Below are positions 31,398-42,465 of a stretch of 64,000 bases of DNA, piece after piece. The DNA is from a virus: the IMG/VR virus record IMGVR_UViG_3300033998_000095, positions 1 through 64,000 of that record, one strand, 5' to 3'. Each line of letters begins with the position of its first letter. Position 1 is the first letter of the stretch. Both the position numbers and the translations under genes were made by a program. The notes below the pieces were generated by a model. The model worked only from the letters and a program-made list of their open reading frames with translations, was not told the origin of the DNA and made no database searches.

Positions 31398-33086
31398 TTA
31401 AACAATATATCTGGCAATATCATCTTCTTCATCATTATTGTTCATAGATTTGTTCTTGTTGCCTTTTAATAAATTATACTCAACTATAGATCTAACTAAG
31501 TCTGATTTAGTATCAGACAAAATAAAGAAATCATCATTATTAATTTGTATATTTGAGCTTCCAGCTACACTTACAGTATCAAATATATCTACACCACTGT
31601 TCTCAAAGTCTAGTATATCAAAATACTTTGTCAAGTTCAAATGATTTGTTACCAAGAAACACATTCCTATAGCAAATACTAAATCATCATTTGGCTCTCC
31701 TTCTATTCGTCCTGATGATTTTCTGATAAGTGATGTTGCCTGTAATCTTAGGTTCTTAGATTTAACAAGATTATCATGTCTTGTAAATAATTCATATATC
31801 TGTTCCATTAATAAGGGTCTAGTAACTGCTGACATAGTTATACCATATTTATCTTTATTTCTGCTCAATTCATCTCGTATTATATATTTTTCATATTTTA
31901 CTTTTAGCATTTCTATTGTTTGATTTCCAACAGCATTGGATTCTATTACTAATAATTTATTTTTTAATTTATCTACTATAGCTGGAATATATTGTTCACA
32001 GAATTTAATAACTTGACATTTGAACATACCTTCAGCTACTTGTTCTCCAGTATCATAATTAATAACTTCTACAGCAGAATAATCTGTACCATTGGATGTA
32101 GCAGTATCTATACCTATTATATATCTCTTATTATCATCTGGTTCTTCAAACCAGTAAATGTATCCATCTGGCAATGTTGTAGTTGATATTGGTGGATAGG
32201 AAAGTGATTCATCTTGTAATCTTTTAATAATATCATCAGGAAATATAGAATCTGAGCTACCTAAAAATAACAATTCATATTCCTGATTCATTGTTTTCTC
32301 ATCATAGTTATTTAAAGCTTTTTGCTTTTCATACCAATCATTATCATATACTGGTATCTCAGACCAATGGATTTTAACTGGAATATATGCTGATCTCTCT
32401 GGATCAGTAATACTTTCCATCCACATCTTATAAAACTTTTCACCTTTACCAGTTCTTCCATTTGGAGTAGAAGATAAAACTACACCATAAGGTATGTTAT
32501 TTTCTCTAGCTACTTTAAACGTATATCCAGCTGCATTTAAAATAGCCTTTAAATGGTCCTCCAAATGTATAAATGCAGCCTCATCTATCCATATAAATGT
32601 AGGTCTCAAACCTCTACCTTTAGATGAGTTAATATCTCTAGTCTTATTACTTGCTTGTAAAATCAAAGATGAACCATTTGACAATTTAAACTCTTCAGCT
32701 TTATTAATAGTATAAGATGGCCTCATCCAATCAGGCAATCTATTTATGATATCTTTAACTTCTTGTAAAGTTTCTCTACCCTGCTTTAGATCTCTTGTCA
32801 TAAAGAGCACATCATAATTATCATTAAATATCATTAAATATGCTATAACAGCTTCATTCATTACAGTTTTACCACATTGTCTCGATGCAAGCAAAAGAAT
32901 ACCATCTTTTTCTTTTTTAGTCCAAATTTCTTTTAGAGCGTTGATATATTTCATCTGACTGGGATATAGATTCAAATTGACTGTTGTACCCAATCCAGGA
33001 ACAGGTATCAATACATAATTTTTAAAGAAGTATGTTATATCATATAAGCATTTAAAGAATTCTTTAGCTTGCTCTTCAGCTTTCAA
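31398..33086 (-). CDS. terminase large subunit
   Basis: LYPSQ, Walker A ASRQCGKT, Walker B IWIDEAAF, SSTPNG, QEYEL, nuclease GIDTA and DDLVFA. Confidence 0.95.
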   Translation of the reverse strand: MKAEEQAKEFFKCLYDITYFFKNYVLIPVPGLGTTVNLNLYPSQMKYINALKEIWTKKEKDGILLLASRQCGKTVMNEAVIAYLMIFNDNYDVLFMTRDLKQGRETLQEVKDIINRLPDWMRPSYTINKAEEFKLSNGSSLILQASNKTRDINSSKGRGLRPTFIWIDEAAFIHLEDHLKAILNAAGYTFKVARENNIPYGVVLSSTPNGRTGKGEKFYKMWMESITDPERSAYIPVKIHWSEIPVYDNDWYEKQKALNNYDEKTMNQEYELLFLGSSDSIFPDDIIKRLQDESLSYPPISTTTLPDGYIYWFEEPDDNKRYIIGIDTATSNGTDYSAVEVINYDTGEQVAEGMFKCQVIKFCEQYIPAIVDKLKNKLLVIESNAVGNQTIEMLKVKYEKYIIRDELSRNKDKYGITMSAVTRPLLMEQIYELFTRHDNLVKSKNLRLQATSLIRKSSGRIEGEPNDDLVFAIGMCFLVTNHLNLTKYFDILDFENSGVDIFDTVSVAGSSNIQINNDDFFILSDTKSDLVRSIVEYNLLKGNKNKSMNNNDEEDDIARYIV

Positions 33087-33104
33087 ATTGATTTCTTCCT
33101 TTAC

Positions 33105-34334
33105 CTATCCAGCATATGCATCATGAGTAGATACTGCATTTAACATTACATTTATAGTACCTTGTGCATTTTTGACCTTAGTTCGTTTGATATTAAATTG
33201 AATACCTGATATAAAAAATGTTATTTCACTTCCTATTTTATAGTTTACATGCTTATATTTCAATACAACTTTTCTACCTATATACCAGTGTGGAAATCTA
33301 AATGGTTGGGAAATACGAACAGATATAGGTTTAACAGTATTCAATATTATAGATGCTATACTTTCTCTTAAAGAATATTCATTATTCTGATCTAGATATA
33401 TTTTAGTGTTTGGTTGTACTATCTTGTCCAAATAATTCTCAAACGAATCAACACTATCTACAAACTTCATAGAACGTATTAAACTCATTACATCTATTTC
33501 ACTTTCTTTATACAGACCAGTATCACTTTTTTTGCATAGTGTTATTTTCTTTGGAATGAGTGCAGCAATACTATTAAATGAATTTGTTAATGAAGGAAGA
33601 TTTGGCAAAAAATACTGTCCATCATCTATCCTTATTTTATCTTGATCTTCTTGTGGTAAATCACCATATAATTCCAAAGCTTTTTCAGTTGTTGCATCAT
33701 TTAAGGATTTAATATACGCTACATTATCATGTAAATTAGTATAAATGATAGGGGGAATATTGAACATTCCATATCGTTGAGATATATATGCTAAATTGAC
33801 AAAGAACTTATTATTTGGTATCCATATCTGTTCATATTTCTCAGAATTATCTAATTTGGATACATTTAATCTTAATTTTCCATGATTTGTTTTTGACCAT
33901 AGACTATTAATAACATCTATAACTTTAACATTCTCATAAAGACCACCAACTACAGTATTAACACCAGTATACGCATCTTTAGCAACATATTCATGTCTGA
34001 CATTTATTATATCTGGTCTGGAAGATAAATCTGCTTCTCTATGTATATCAATCACAGCTTGACCAAAACTCAACCATTCACTATCTATTAAAGTTCTTTC
34101 TGTTTCACCCATATTCTTTTCAACGATAGTAATATGGACAGTATAAGGCATAAGAAGTAGATTTCTATATCTATTATCAATTCTAAAGTTCATTTTCATA
34201 CGTGGCACTAATTTATGATTTTGCATAATAAATGCAACTTCAAGAATCTCTTCTTGCAAAACAAGAGAAGTCTTAGTAAATTTAAACTCTGCCTTTATAT
34301 CAAATGCACTTTGCTTAACATCTGCATCAGGCAT
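33105..34334 (-). CDS. putative baseplate hub protein
   Basis: 409 aa; beta-rich hub-like organisation (YEQIWIP, IGRKVVL..FFISGI); context. Confidence 0.4.
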   Translation of the reverse strand: MPDADVKQSAFDIKAEFKFTKTSLVLQEEILEVAFIMQNHKLVPRMKMNFRIDNRYRNLLLMPYTVHITIVEKNMGETERTLIDSEWLSFGQAVIDIHREADLSSRPDIINVRHEYVAKDAYTGVNTVVGGLYENVKVIDVINSLWSKTNHGKLRLNVSKLDNSEKYEQIWIPNNKFFVNLAYISQRYGMFNIPPIIYTNLHDNVAYIKSLNDATTEKALELYGDLPQEDQDKIRIDDGQYFLPNLPSLTNSFNSIAALIPKKITLCKKSDTGLYKESEIDVMSLIRSMKFVDSVDSFENYLDKIVQPNTKIYLDQNNEYSLRESIASIILNTVKPISVRISQPFRFPHWYIGRKVVLKYKHVNYKIGSEITFFISGIQFNIKRTKVKNAQGTINVMLNAVSTHDAYAG

Positions 34335-34335
34335 G

Positions 34336-35322
34336 TTATATCATCTCTATCTCTTTGTTGTCTGATGATTGTAATAATGATTTCAATTGTGTTAGTATAG
34401 CATTCTTAGCAACTCTAATTGCACTTGGATTGATGCTTCCTATTCTTGTGTAGAATATATCTGAAGCAATATTAACTGTATTCATCATAGCTACTAATTC
34501 AAAGCCAGATGATACACATATAGTACATGTTGCACCAAACATACGTGTAATTCTATTTCTGAAATCATCAACAGTAATATTCGGCATTATATTATATTCA
34601 GTTAATATTCTAAATATATCATTCCAACTTGAAACATCATCACTTGGTAGTTTTTCTGTTTTAATATTAAATCTAATCTTAGAATTCTCTTCTTTGGAGA
34701 AGAATCTTCTCAATGCACCAAATGCAATTGCTTTTTCATTACCCTGAAAATCAAAATAATGTGAACATATTAACCTAGCTATAAGATAAAAAACAGTACC
34801 AAGCTCCTGATCTGAAGCTTTTAAAATATCAAAATCTCTTATATAACATCTCATTAAAAGAGAATAACAGAATGCACAAGCAGCAAAATACAATGAATTT
34901 AATACTGTTTCATTATCAATATCATACAATATTAACTTTGTTAAACCATATGATATACATGATGCAAAATTGTTATAGTCTTGGATTATAATTTTATTTT
35001 TAGTCATATCTAAACGAGCAGAGCACACATCTATATTCAACACAACACCTTTAGATGTTGCATCAGTTACATATATCAATGCTGGTAATAAGCTAATTGC
35101 TTGGGGGAAAACAGATAATGATATATTGTTCAAAGTTAATTGCTTGATATATTCAGCATATGATGCTGAAAGTGCACTGGCTAATATATTATTAACTCTA
35201 TCAATACCATCAAAGTGTCTATGTGGTTCTTCTAAATTAATTCTCTTATCTGGTGGGTTTCTCAATATTGGTATTGTTATATTAAATATATCTGATGGTG
35301 TATTAGTCAATCCTTTAAACAT
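34336..35322 (-). CDS. hypothetical protein
   Basis: 328-aa ORF with SD. Confidence 0.6.
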   Translation of the reverse strand: MFKGLTNTPSDIFNITIPILRNPPDKRINLEEPHRHFDGIDRVNNILASALSASYAEYIKQLTLNNISLSVFPQAISLLPALIYVTDATSKGVVLNIDVCSARLDMTKNKIIIQDYNNFASCISYGLTKLILYDIDNETVLNSLYFAACAFCYSLLMRCYIRDFDILKASDQELGTVFYLIARLICSHYFDFQGNEKAIAFGALRRFFSKEENSKIRFNIKTEKLPSDDVSSWNDIFRILTEYNIMPNITVDDFRNRITRMFGATCTICVSSGFELVAMMNTVNIASDIFYTRIGSINPSAIRVAKNAILTQLKSLLQSSDNKEIEMI

Positions 35323-35342
35323 AATTATTCCACCTTTTAATT

Positions 35343-36005
35343 TTACTTCTTAATATATTTGTCTAATATATAAACATATTGTGTGAGTTTGTCCAAACCA
35401 ATTTCTTCTACTAACTTCTTAAATGCAGGCGTATTCTGAATATCTGTATAGTCAAAATTGGGAATTTTAATATTAAGCCAATTATCTATAGATGTTTCTG
35501 GATCTTTACCATTCTTTATGTATTCTTCATATATTTCTATAAACTCTTCAGGTGATGTTATCTCCTTAGCAGTATATGAATTAGATTGCTTTTTAGATAT
35601 TAATATATCCTTTATTTGTTCATTCGATAATAACTTAATGTTAGGATAATAATCAGATCTGAAGTTAGCATTAGTAGTTATTTTATTAAGTAAAAGAACT
35701 AAAATAAAGAAAGTAGTATTGTTATATTCATCATATGCTAATACTGGTGATTTATAATCCATATCAGGAGACATATTATATTGTTCTGTAGTCTCTACCA
35801 CTTGATCTATCTTATCCAATAAAAAAGAAATAGATATATCTGGAACATTCAAATATGTTAGAGAATCTCCAACATATACATATTTGTATTCTTCGACTGA
35901 TTTACCAGTTGCCTCTATAGTTAATGTTTCTATAACCTTACCAATTCTGAAATCACTTTCTTCTTTAACATGCTCTCTTATATCAGGAGATGTCCACATA
36001 TACAA
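35343..36005 (-). CDS. hypothetical protein (possibly a tail fibre assembly factor)
   Basis: 220-aa ORF directly after a fibre gene. Confidence 0.5.
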   Translation of the reverse strand: MYMWTSPDIREHVKEESDFRIGKVIETLTIEATGKSVEEYKYVYVGDSLTYLNVPDISISFLLDKIDQVVETTEQYNMSPDMDYKSPVLAYDEYNNTTFFILVLLLNKITTNANFRSDYYPNIKLLSNEQIKDILISKKQSNSYTAKEITSPEEFIEIYEEYIKNGKDPETSIDNWLNIKIPNFDYTDIQNTPAFKKLVEEIGLDKLTQYVYILDKYIKK

Positions 36006-36012
36006 TCATTCC

Positions 36013-37728
36013 TTAGGATGGTATAAACATAACTCTAACTTGATTGGCTGATTTATTAATATTAATAATTCTTCCAACTATTTGATCAGCATATTGTTTT
36101 CGTTCTGTTTTACTAATAACTTTCCCATAACCATTGTCATCAGGTATAATATAATCTCCAATTTGAGCATCTTCAACATTTACTACATCTACCCATACAT
36201 ATCCAGCAGAACATATTGGAAGTTTTTTACCAGATTTAATTTCTTCTTCACTACCACCAGCTAAATAAGCATAAGAATCTGAAACTATACCAATTACAGA
36301 TGAAGATCCTTTACTGGCTAATGCTACAGTATCATTGTCTACTATTGCTACTATTTTATTTTTTGCAGTTTCATATGAGAGACCATCTTCAGGTATCAAA
36401 CAATCAGCAAAGTCATTATATACTGCATTATACACTCTTGTAGCATAAAAATATCCATCTAAATTCAATCTATAAGCTGCTGTTGGTGCTGTAGATCCTG
36501 CATATAAATAACCTTCAGCTTTAGTGGTACCTGATATCTTCAGAGTACCAGTCATTACATCTCCAGCTTTTTTAACATAAGTATTGGTAGCTTCTGTTTT
36601 TGTAGCAAAGGTATTATTAGCATATGTTCTAAGACCAGTGATTTCATTATCAACATATCGTTTTGTAGCAGCATGCAATAAATTAGTTGGATCTGCATGG
36701 AGAGTAAGATAACCAGTCATAGAATCTCCAGCTTTTTTAACATAAGTTCCAGTTGCTTGGTTTTGTGTAACAAAATTGGTATCAACATAATTTTTTAAAT
36801 TATTTATACTGGTATCAACAAAACCCTTTGTAGCTGCATGCATTGTATTAACTGGATGATCATATAATGTTAAAAATCCAGTCATTGTAGTACCAAGCTT
36901 AGGCACATAATCAGCAACCAATCTATTATCTATTTCTTGAGCAGCATAGTCTACATACCCTTTAGTAGCTGCTTGTCTACTACCCAAGGGATCTCTAACA
37001 GTTGATGGGTGTACACTTAAAGTTAATACACCAGTCATAGTGTCTCCAGATTTCTTAACAAACCTATCATCATGTTGAGAATCATGATTGGCTATTACTG
37101 TATCCACATATTCCTTATTCGCTGCTTGATTTGGTTCAGTTGGAGTAACAACATAGATTATTGTATCTTCATCAATAACACCACCATATATAGGCGTAAA
37201 GCTTCCAGTTAACCATTTGGGAAGATAAGCTGGGTCTGCTCTTAAATCTTTAAAATTATCCTCATTAGCAATCCAAGTATTAAATGCTGATTCACTTGGT
37301 AAAGTTAACCAGTTACCAGTTTTAAGATAAAATAATTTTAAATGTTTCGTTTCATTATATGTTTCTATTGGAATAGTCTTAATGGAAGCAACTGCTAGTG
37401 GTTGTATTTTTCTATATTCATATTCAACAACTATAAAATATTCTTTTTGATTTATTGGGCCTGCATTAGGATCTAATACTACTATGGTAGATGGTTGTTT
37501 AAATTCAATACATACATAGTTCATAACTACAATACCATTGGTCAACTGCATAACTATCTTCTGTTGTGCTGAATCATATATAAACGTATAATCTAATCCA
37601 TCGATGTATATATTCTGTCTTCCAAGTATCTTTAATAATTTATTATGATTATCAGAAAATACTGGTGAAAATGGATCTATATTTCTTTCCTGAATAGCAT
37701 CCCATTGAGTTGTAAGCACATAAGCCAT
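36013..37728 (-). CDS. short tail fibre protein
   Basis: repeats (Y/F)VKKxGDxMTGxLTL and AATKxYVD; C-terminal YNDFAD..IGIVSD..CSAGYVWV peptidase/chaperone-like domain; N-domain shared with 6549..9443. Confidence 0.8.
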   Translation of the reverse strand: MAYVLTTQWDAIQERNIDPFSPVFSDNHNKLLKILGRQNIYIDGLDYTFIYDSAQQKIVMQLTNGIVVMNYVCIEFKQPSTIVVLDPNAGPINQKEYFIVVEYEYRKIQPLAVASIKTIPIETYNETKHLKLFYLKTGNWLTLPSESAFNTWIANEDNFKDLRADPAYLPKWLTGSFTPIYGGVIDEDTIIYVVTPTEPNQAANKEYVDTVIANHDSQHDDRFVKKSGDTMTGVLTLSVHPSTVRDPLGSRQAATKGYVDYAAQEIDNRLVADYVPKLGTTMTGFLTLYDHPVNTMHAATKGFVDTSINNLKNYVDTNFVTQNQATGTYVKKAGDSMTGYLTLHADPTNLLHAATKRYVDNEITGLRTYANNTFATKTEATNTYVKKAGDVMTGTLKISGTTKAEGYLYAGSTAPTAAYRLNLDGYFYATRVYNAVYNDFADCLIPEDGLSYETAKNKIVAIVDNDTVALASKGSSSVIGIVSDSYAYLAGGSEEEIKSGKKLPICSAGYVWVDVVNVEDAQIGDYIIPDDNGYGKVISKTERKQYADQIVGRIININKSANQVRVMFIPS

Positions 37729-37747
37729 TAATAATAACCTCCTCTAT

Positions 37748-38320
37748 TTAAAACACAAAAAACCATTCAATAATTATCTTATCCATATTAGATTTAGGAA
37801 TAGAAGGAAATGTTACATGAGATAACATAACAAAATTGATTTCATTGTGATCTTCTGATGGAGCAGCATATAATCCAGCTTCATTTATGTATGTATCTAT
37901 ACAATCATTATAGTCAATAGTCATAGAAAATTTAGCAGTAAGATAAGCAGAGTATGATATACTGTCTATTAATTTTTTATTTTTAGTTGGATTATATAAT
38001 GGTCCTCCTAAATCATTAAATGGTAATATATTATAAAGCTCAGCATCATTATCAGTTGGCCAAGTTGGCTGAAAGGGAGCATCTATTGTGGCTGCACCAT
38101 TACCTACAGAAAACCATCGTGGAACCCATTCGTTCTTAGCATTTGTATCACTATAAGGCAAATCAAATAGTCGCTGCATGATATAATTTCTACCAGTTAA
38201 TACAATTTTGTTGTTCTTATCAACTACAATATCATTGTTTTTATAGATCTTTACTCTACCCTCGAATGAATATCTATCCTTATATTTAATATTATCATAT
38301 AACTTAAGATGCTTGTCCAT
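37748..38320 (-). CDS. baseplate wedge/fibre attachment protein
   Basis: NKIVLTGR, SVGNG, INEAGLY, SHVTFPSIPK..IEW motifs of baseplate fibre-attachment domains. Confidence 0.65.
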   Translation of the reverse strand: MDKHLKLYDNIKYKDRYSFEGRVKIYKNNDIVVDKNNKIVLTGRNYIMQRLFDLPYSDTNAKNEWVPRWFSVGNGAATIDAPFQPTWPTDNDAELYNILPFNDLGGPLYNPTKNKKLIDSISYSAYLTAKFSMTIDYNDCIDTYINEAGLYAAPSEDHNEINFVMLSHVTFPSIPKSNMDKIIIEWFFVF

Positions 38321-38356
38321 ATTATATTCATTTCCTCCTTTATTTATACACTCTAT

Positions 38357-40153
38357 TTAATATATTATATTTACTGGATTATATGATATATTTGTTAGAT
38401 CATATGGTATATTTGTTGGATAAGGATATATCATATTTTTTATTCTCATATTAAACGTTACATTATTAAAACTTTTTCCACGTGGTATATATACCACAGG
38501 TATAATCCAGCCAACATTATAAGGTAAATATGTTATATTAGCAATATCATCACAAGTCATAAACTCAGACATATCTAATACATCTGTAGGTCTAAGTTCT
38601 CTTGGATATGGATCTATAAATTGTGCTGAACCTATATCATATATATATGGTAATTTTTTCTTATACCAACCAATATTTTGTTTATAACACCAACAATTGC
38701 TTAATAATTCATTATGTCTATTATGGTGATGTATTATATTCTGTTCTGCATCAAAATTAAATGCAAATCTCACTTCTGGATCACACAATGCAGATATTTC
38801 TACATCAACAACACCATGTAATATTTTATATTTAGTTCGTCCTACTAAAATAACATCCCTATTCCAAGTATTAACAACAGTACCAGATATATGATCCCAT
38901 GTTAAATGTTCCAAATTTTGACGTAATTTATCTATTGTGTTCATTGTGGGTATATAAAATTTCCATGTAGAAGGAAAATGTCCACTATATGCTTTAGTAT
39001 ATATTTCTTCTTTAAATACTCTAGTTTCTTCATCTATTATTTCATCTTGTGTGTTAACCAACAAGGAATAATCAAAAACATTAACTACAGCGTCATCATC
39101 GTCTAAATTTGGTACATATCTTATATAATCAATAACAGAACGATATATAATTCTCTTTATATAATCTCTTATTTTGACGATGACATCATATAAACTATCA
39201 TCTTTAGTATCATCATAATCATATAATCTGTGCATTACACCAGTGACAATCTGTTTAGTTATTATTCTAGATATATAATCTGATGATGTTACAGATTCAT
39301 CTATATCACCATCTATTCGTAGTATGGGTGCAGTTTGTAAATTATAAGCATGATATGGTTTTACAAAGTCAACAATTATTTTCATATATATCTTGTACAA
39401 ATAAGAGAAAATAGCATATATACGCAATGGAAACATCTTCTTTGTAAAACCATATAATATCTGTTCTAATACAGCTAAAAAAGATAAATAGAATCTATTT
39501 CCATCAAGCAATGCTTTATTAAATAAGTTTAAATCGTCATCAATTGGTGTGTATTGACTATCAAAGAATTTAGCAAAAGGTTTAATATCAAATATGTAAT
39601 CTCTTGATACTCTAGTAATCATAGTAACTGAATTTAAAGCATCTTCAATAGCTTGTAGTCTTGCTTCTATCCAATTATAAAAAGGTTCATTCATTGTTTT
39701 TAATACTTCATATGATGAATAATTTAAAAAATTTGGTCCTGGTTTATAAAACCATTTTTCAATTGTTTGCATACGTAGAAACTTTTCATCTGTGTCATAT
39801 ACATTAGCAGAAAGTTCATCAAACATTTCCAATGCCATTGGGATATCAACATATGGATTATCAATAGGGCCATTCCATCCCATTGATGATATCCCCACAC
39901 TCTCTTGAACTTCTGGGGGAAAACCCCAATACATTCTATCAAATACCATCCACAAACCTAAACATAATTCATTAAAAGATATAAATTCTCCATATCCTTC
40001 AATTGATAATACTCTAGTATTGTATCCATGCAGTTCCTGATAATCATAATATTGTTTGACTATATCTAATGCAATAGCTGTTTCTTGTATCATATGTGTT
40101 GTTAAGAAATTATTTATTGAAAAATATGATGTTCGTTGTGGAAAATTAGACAT
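38357..40153 (-). CDS. putative baseplate wedge component
   Basis: 598 aa; IVDFVKPYHA motif of wedge (P2 gpI-like) C-domains; context. Confidence 0.45.
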   Translation of the reverse strand: MSNFPQRTSYFSINNFLTTHMIQETAIALDIVKQYYDYQELHGYNTRVLSIEGYGEFISFNELCLGLWMVFDRMYWGFPPEVQESVGISSMGWNGPIDNPYVDIPMALEMFDELSANVYDTDEKFLRMQTIEKWFYKPGPNFLNYSSYEVLKTMNEPFYNWIEARLQAIEDALNSVTMITRVSRDYIFDIKPFAKFFDSQYTPIDDDLNLFNKALLDGNRFYLSFLAVLEQILYGFTKKMFPLRIYAIFSYLYKIYMKIIVDFVKPYHAYNLQTAPILRIDGDIDESVTSSDYISRIITKQIVTGVMHRLYDYDDTKDDSLYDVIVKIRDYIKRIIYRSVIDYIRYVPNLDDDDAVVNVFDYSLLVNTQDEIIDEETRVFKEEIYTKAYSGHFPSTWKFYIPTMNTIDKLRQNLEHLTWDHISGTVVNTWNRDVILVGRTKYKILHGVVDVEISALCDPEVRFAFNFDAEQNIIHHHNRHNELLSNCWCYKQNIGWYKKKLPYIYDIGSAQFIDPYPRELRPTDVLDMSEFMTCDDIANITYLPYNVGWIIPVVYIPRGKSFNNVTFNMRIKNMIYPYPTNIPYDLTNISYNPVNIIY

Positions 40154-40180
40154 TAATAATTCATCTCCTATCTACAACTA

Positions 40181-42445
40181 TTATAATAAAACAATTTCAT
40201 TATAATGTTGAGGATCCAATAAAGGACCAATCTGAAGAGGCTCGTAGGTTGTAATTATTAAATATGGTGTATTATAACTTAACCAATCGTAGTAAGCTAA
40301 ATCTAATATTGGTTTAAAGGTAATTATAAACTGAGTATCAACTTTATAATATCTATCCCCATATAAAAACAATTGCCATTTGAAATTATTATCATCCACA
40401 CATCTTAAATTACCCATACAATCCATACCAATTATTCTCAATAATGATCCAGAATGTAATATCTGAATAGATCTCTCTAAATACATATCATAGCATATAC
40501 ACATATAATCATCTACAACAGATCTGTAATTTGATGAATTGTAATCATAATTTATAACTTTACCACTAACATATAGCCTTTTATCTCTACCAATAAAAAA
40601 TGAAATATTATCATCCAAATAAAACTCGTCTATGTCATACATAAATATATCATTACTTATATTTTGAGTAAATACTTCTCTTTCAGGTAAAGTATCTAAT
40701 AAAGAGCATTGTTGTACGTAGTTTTCTAATTTATAGACATCAAATCCAATAACACCTGAAGTATTATCTATGAAATACATAAAATTGTTAGTGCACATAA
40801 ACTTGTTTAATGGTCTTGATCCAAGATCAATATTAAATGTAATAGTTAGCTTATCTAAGAAATCAGATTTCATCGAAAACCATGTATTGTTTGTTTTATT
40901 AATAACTATTATATCACTTGAAAACAAAATAAATAAAAATTCATTATAATCATAACTCTGTTTAATATGCAATGAATTATCATTCAAATAATCTGTTAAT
41001 GACATATTGTTTATAATATGAACTATATTATTAAAACTTAATGTTGAAACGACATTGCGAAACGTATCTATCATCATACCATTAGTGTTGTCATCACTAC
41101 TTGTAAACAATAGATATTTATCAGACATAAAAGCACAAGCTATATCTGATAGATGAGAACAATTAAATGCTGAGATATAATTATTTTTGACCCACCAATT
41201 GCTTTCAACACTAACATCTATCCACGTTGGTTCACCATCTTGATTATAATTAAATGTAGTTCCAGATAGATGTGTTCTAATACACTCTTTTGGTGTACCA
41301 TTATGAATAACTATACTACCAACTAGATATTGTGTGTTTGGTTGCCATGTACTATAAGCATCAAGGTATTCCTGTAAATAATAATCATACCATTCTTGAT
41401 CATATAATACATATTTTGTTTCAATATTGTTGTTTTTAGTATTTATTATGTAACATATTGTTTTGGTCTTAAATTGTGGTGGTCCAGATATATCAGCTAC
41501 TGGTTTGGTAGTCATAACATTACCATGACCATCTTCTACATCATAGGATATTCTAAACTTATTTAAGGGTATATTATCGTGATCTACTGAAACAGGATAG
41601 TCTAATTTAACTACAACAGCAGCCTTATTTGTAAAGGAATTAAAATTGAAACTCCCTACTTCTTTAATAGATATATAATCTGGTAAGTTTAGATATTTCT
41701 GTAAATGTTTAAAATTATCTAGATTGTATGTACATAACCAGTTTTTTGGATATATAAATGTATTTTTCAAAGCTATACTATCTAATGTCTGCTCATCTAA
41801 ATACCATAATATATCATCCACTTCACTAAGTTTTATATCATTAGCCACTAATACATTTTTATATTGTTTAGCCACATCAGAATAATATACTGTATCTGGA
41901 ACTAGATACCATTCATCCAATGTTCTATTCAGATCATATTCATTTATTGTAAAAAATGTATAACCCAGTTGAACTAAAAAGTCTCCTAATAAATTTGGTG
42001 TGCCTTTTTTGCGCAAAAAAGAATATATTTTGTATGCTATATTCTGTCTAGAATTAAAATCGAATATATCATATATATCGAACCCATATGATATTAATAT
42101 ATCATTGATGATATCACTATCCAATTCATATACATTAGTTATATTTCTTCTTGTGGTAACTAATGTATTTATGACAGAAAATATTTTAGTAATTAAAAGC
42201 ATTATATTATTATAATCTTCATGATTGTATATATTTTGATACACTACATTATCAATATGTGTTGTAACCAGATCTTCAGACTGAAAATATCGTTCTTTCA
42301 TCATTGTTTGTGATATTTTAGAAAAGTCATTAGTTCTAATTGCATCTAATAATAATTTAAACATAACAATAGGTACATTAAGTGTAGAAAGAGAAGCCTC
42401 TAACTCTTGCAATGAGGATGTGTTTTTTAAATTGATATTATTCAT
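40181..42445 (-). CDS. baseplate wedge protein (gp7/P2 gpI-like) with a CBM5/12-like insert
   Basis: LISYGF..RKKGTPNLL motif; TWQPNTQYLVGSIVIHNG..CIRTH module. Confidence 0.55.
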   Translation of the reverse strand: MNNINLKNTSSLQELEASLSTLNVPIVMFKLLLDAIRTNDFSKISQTMMKERYFQSEDLVTTHIDNVVYQNIYNHEDYNNIMLLITKIFSVINTLVTTRRNITNVYELDSDIINDILISYGFDIYDIFDFNSRQNIAYKIYSFLRKKGTPNLLGDFLVQLGYTFFTINEYDLNRTLDEWYLVPDTVYYSDVAKQYKNVLVANDIKLSEVDDILWYLDEQTLDSIALKNTFIYPKNWLCTYNLDNFKHLQKYLNLPDYISIKEVGSFNFNSFTNKAAVVVKLDYPVSVDHDNIPLNKFRISYDVEDGHGNVMTTKPVADISGPPQFKTKTICYIINTKNNNIETKYVLYDQEWYDYYLQEYLDAYSTWQPNTQYLVGSIVIHNGTPKECIRTHLSGTTFNYNQDGEPTWIDVSVESNWWVKNNYISAFNCSHLSDIACAFMSDKYLLFTSSDDNTNGMMIDTFRNVVSTLSFNNIVHIINNMSLTDYLNDNSLHIKQSYDYNEFLFILFSSDIIVINKTNNTWFSMKSDFLDKLTITFNIDLGSRPLNKFMCTNNFMYFIDNTSGVIGFDVYKLENYVQQCSLLDTLPEREVFTQNISNDIFMYDIDEFYLDDNISFFIGRDKRLYVSGKVINYDYNSSNYRSVVDDYMCICYDMYLERSIQILHSGSLLRIIGMDCMGNLRCVDDNNFKWQLFLYGDRYYKVDTQFIITFKPILDLAYYDWLSYNTPYLIITTYEPLQIGPLLDPQHYNEIVLL

Positions 42446-42465
42446 TATTCAATCTCCATCTATTG

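Noticed and set aside
38341-38348. T4 late promoter TATAAATA upstream of 37748..38320
   Set aside because: Isolated occurrence, absent before capsid, sheath and tube genes, and expected by chance in AT-rich DNA.
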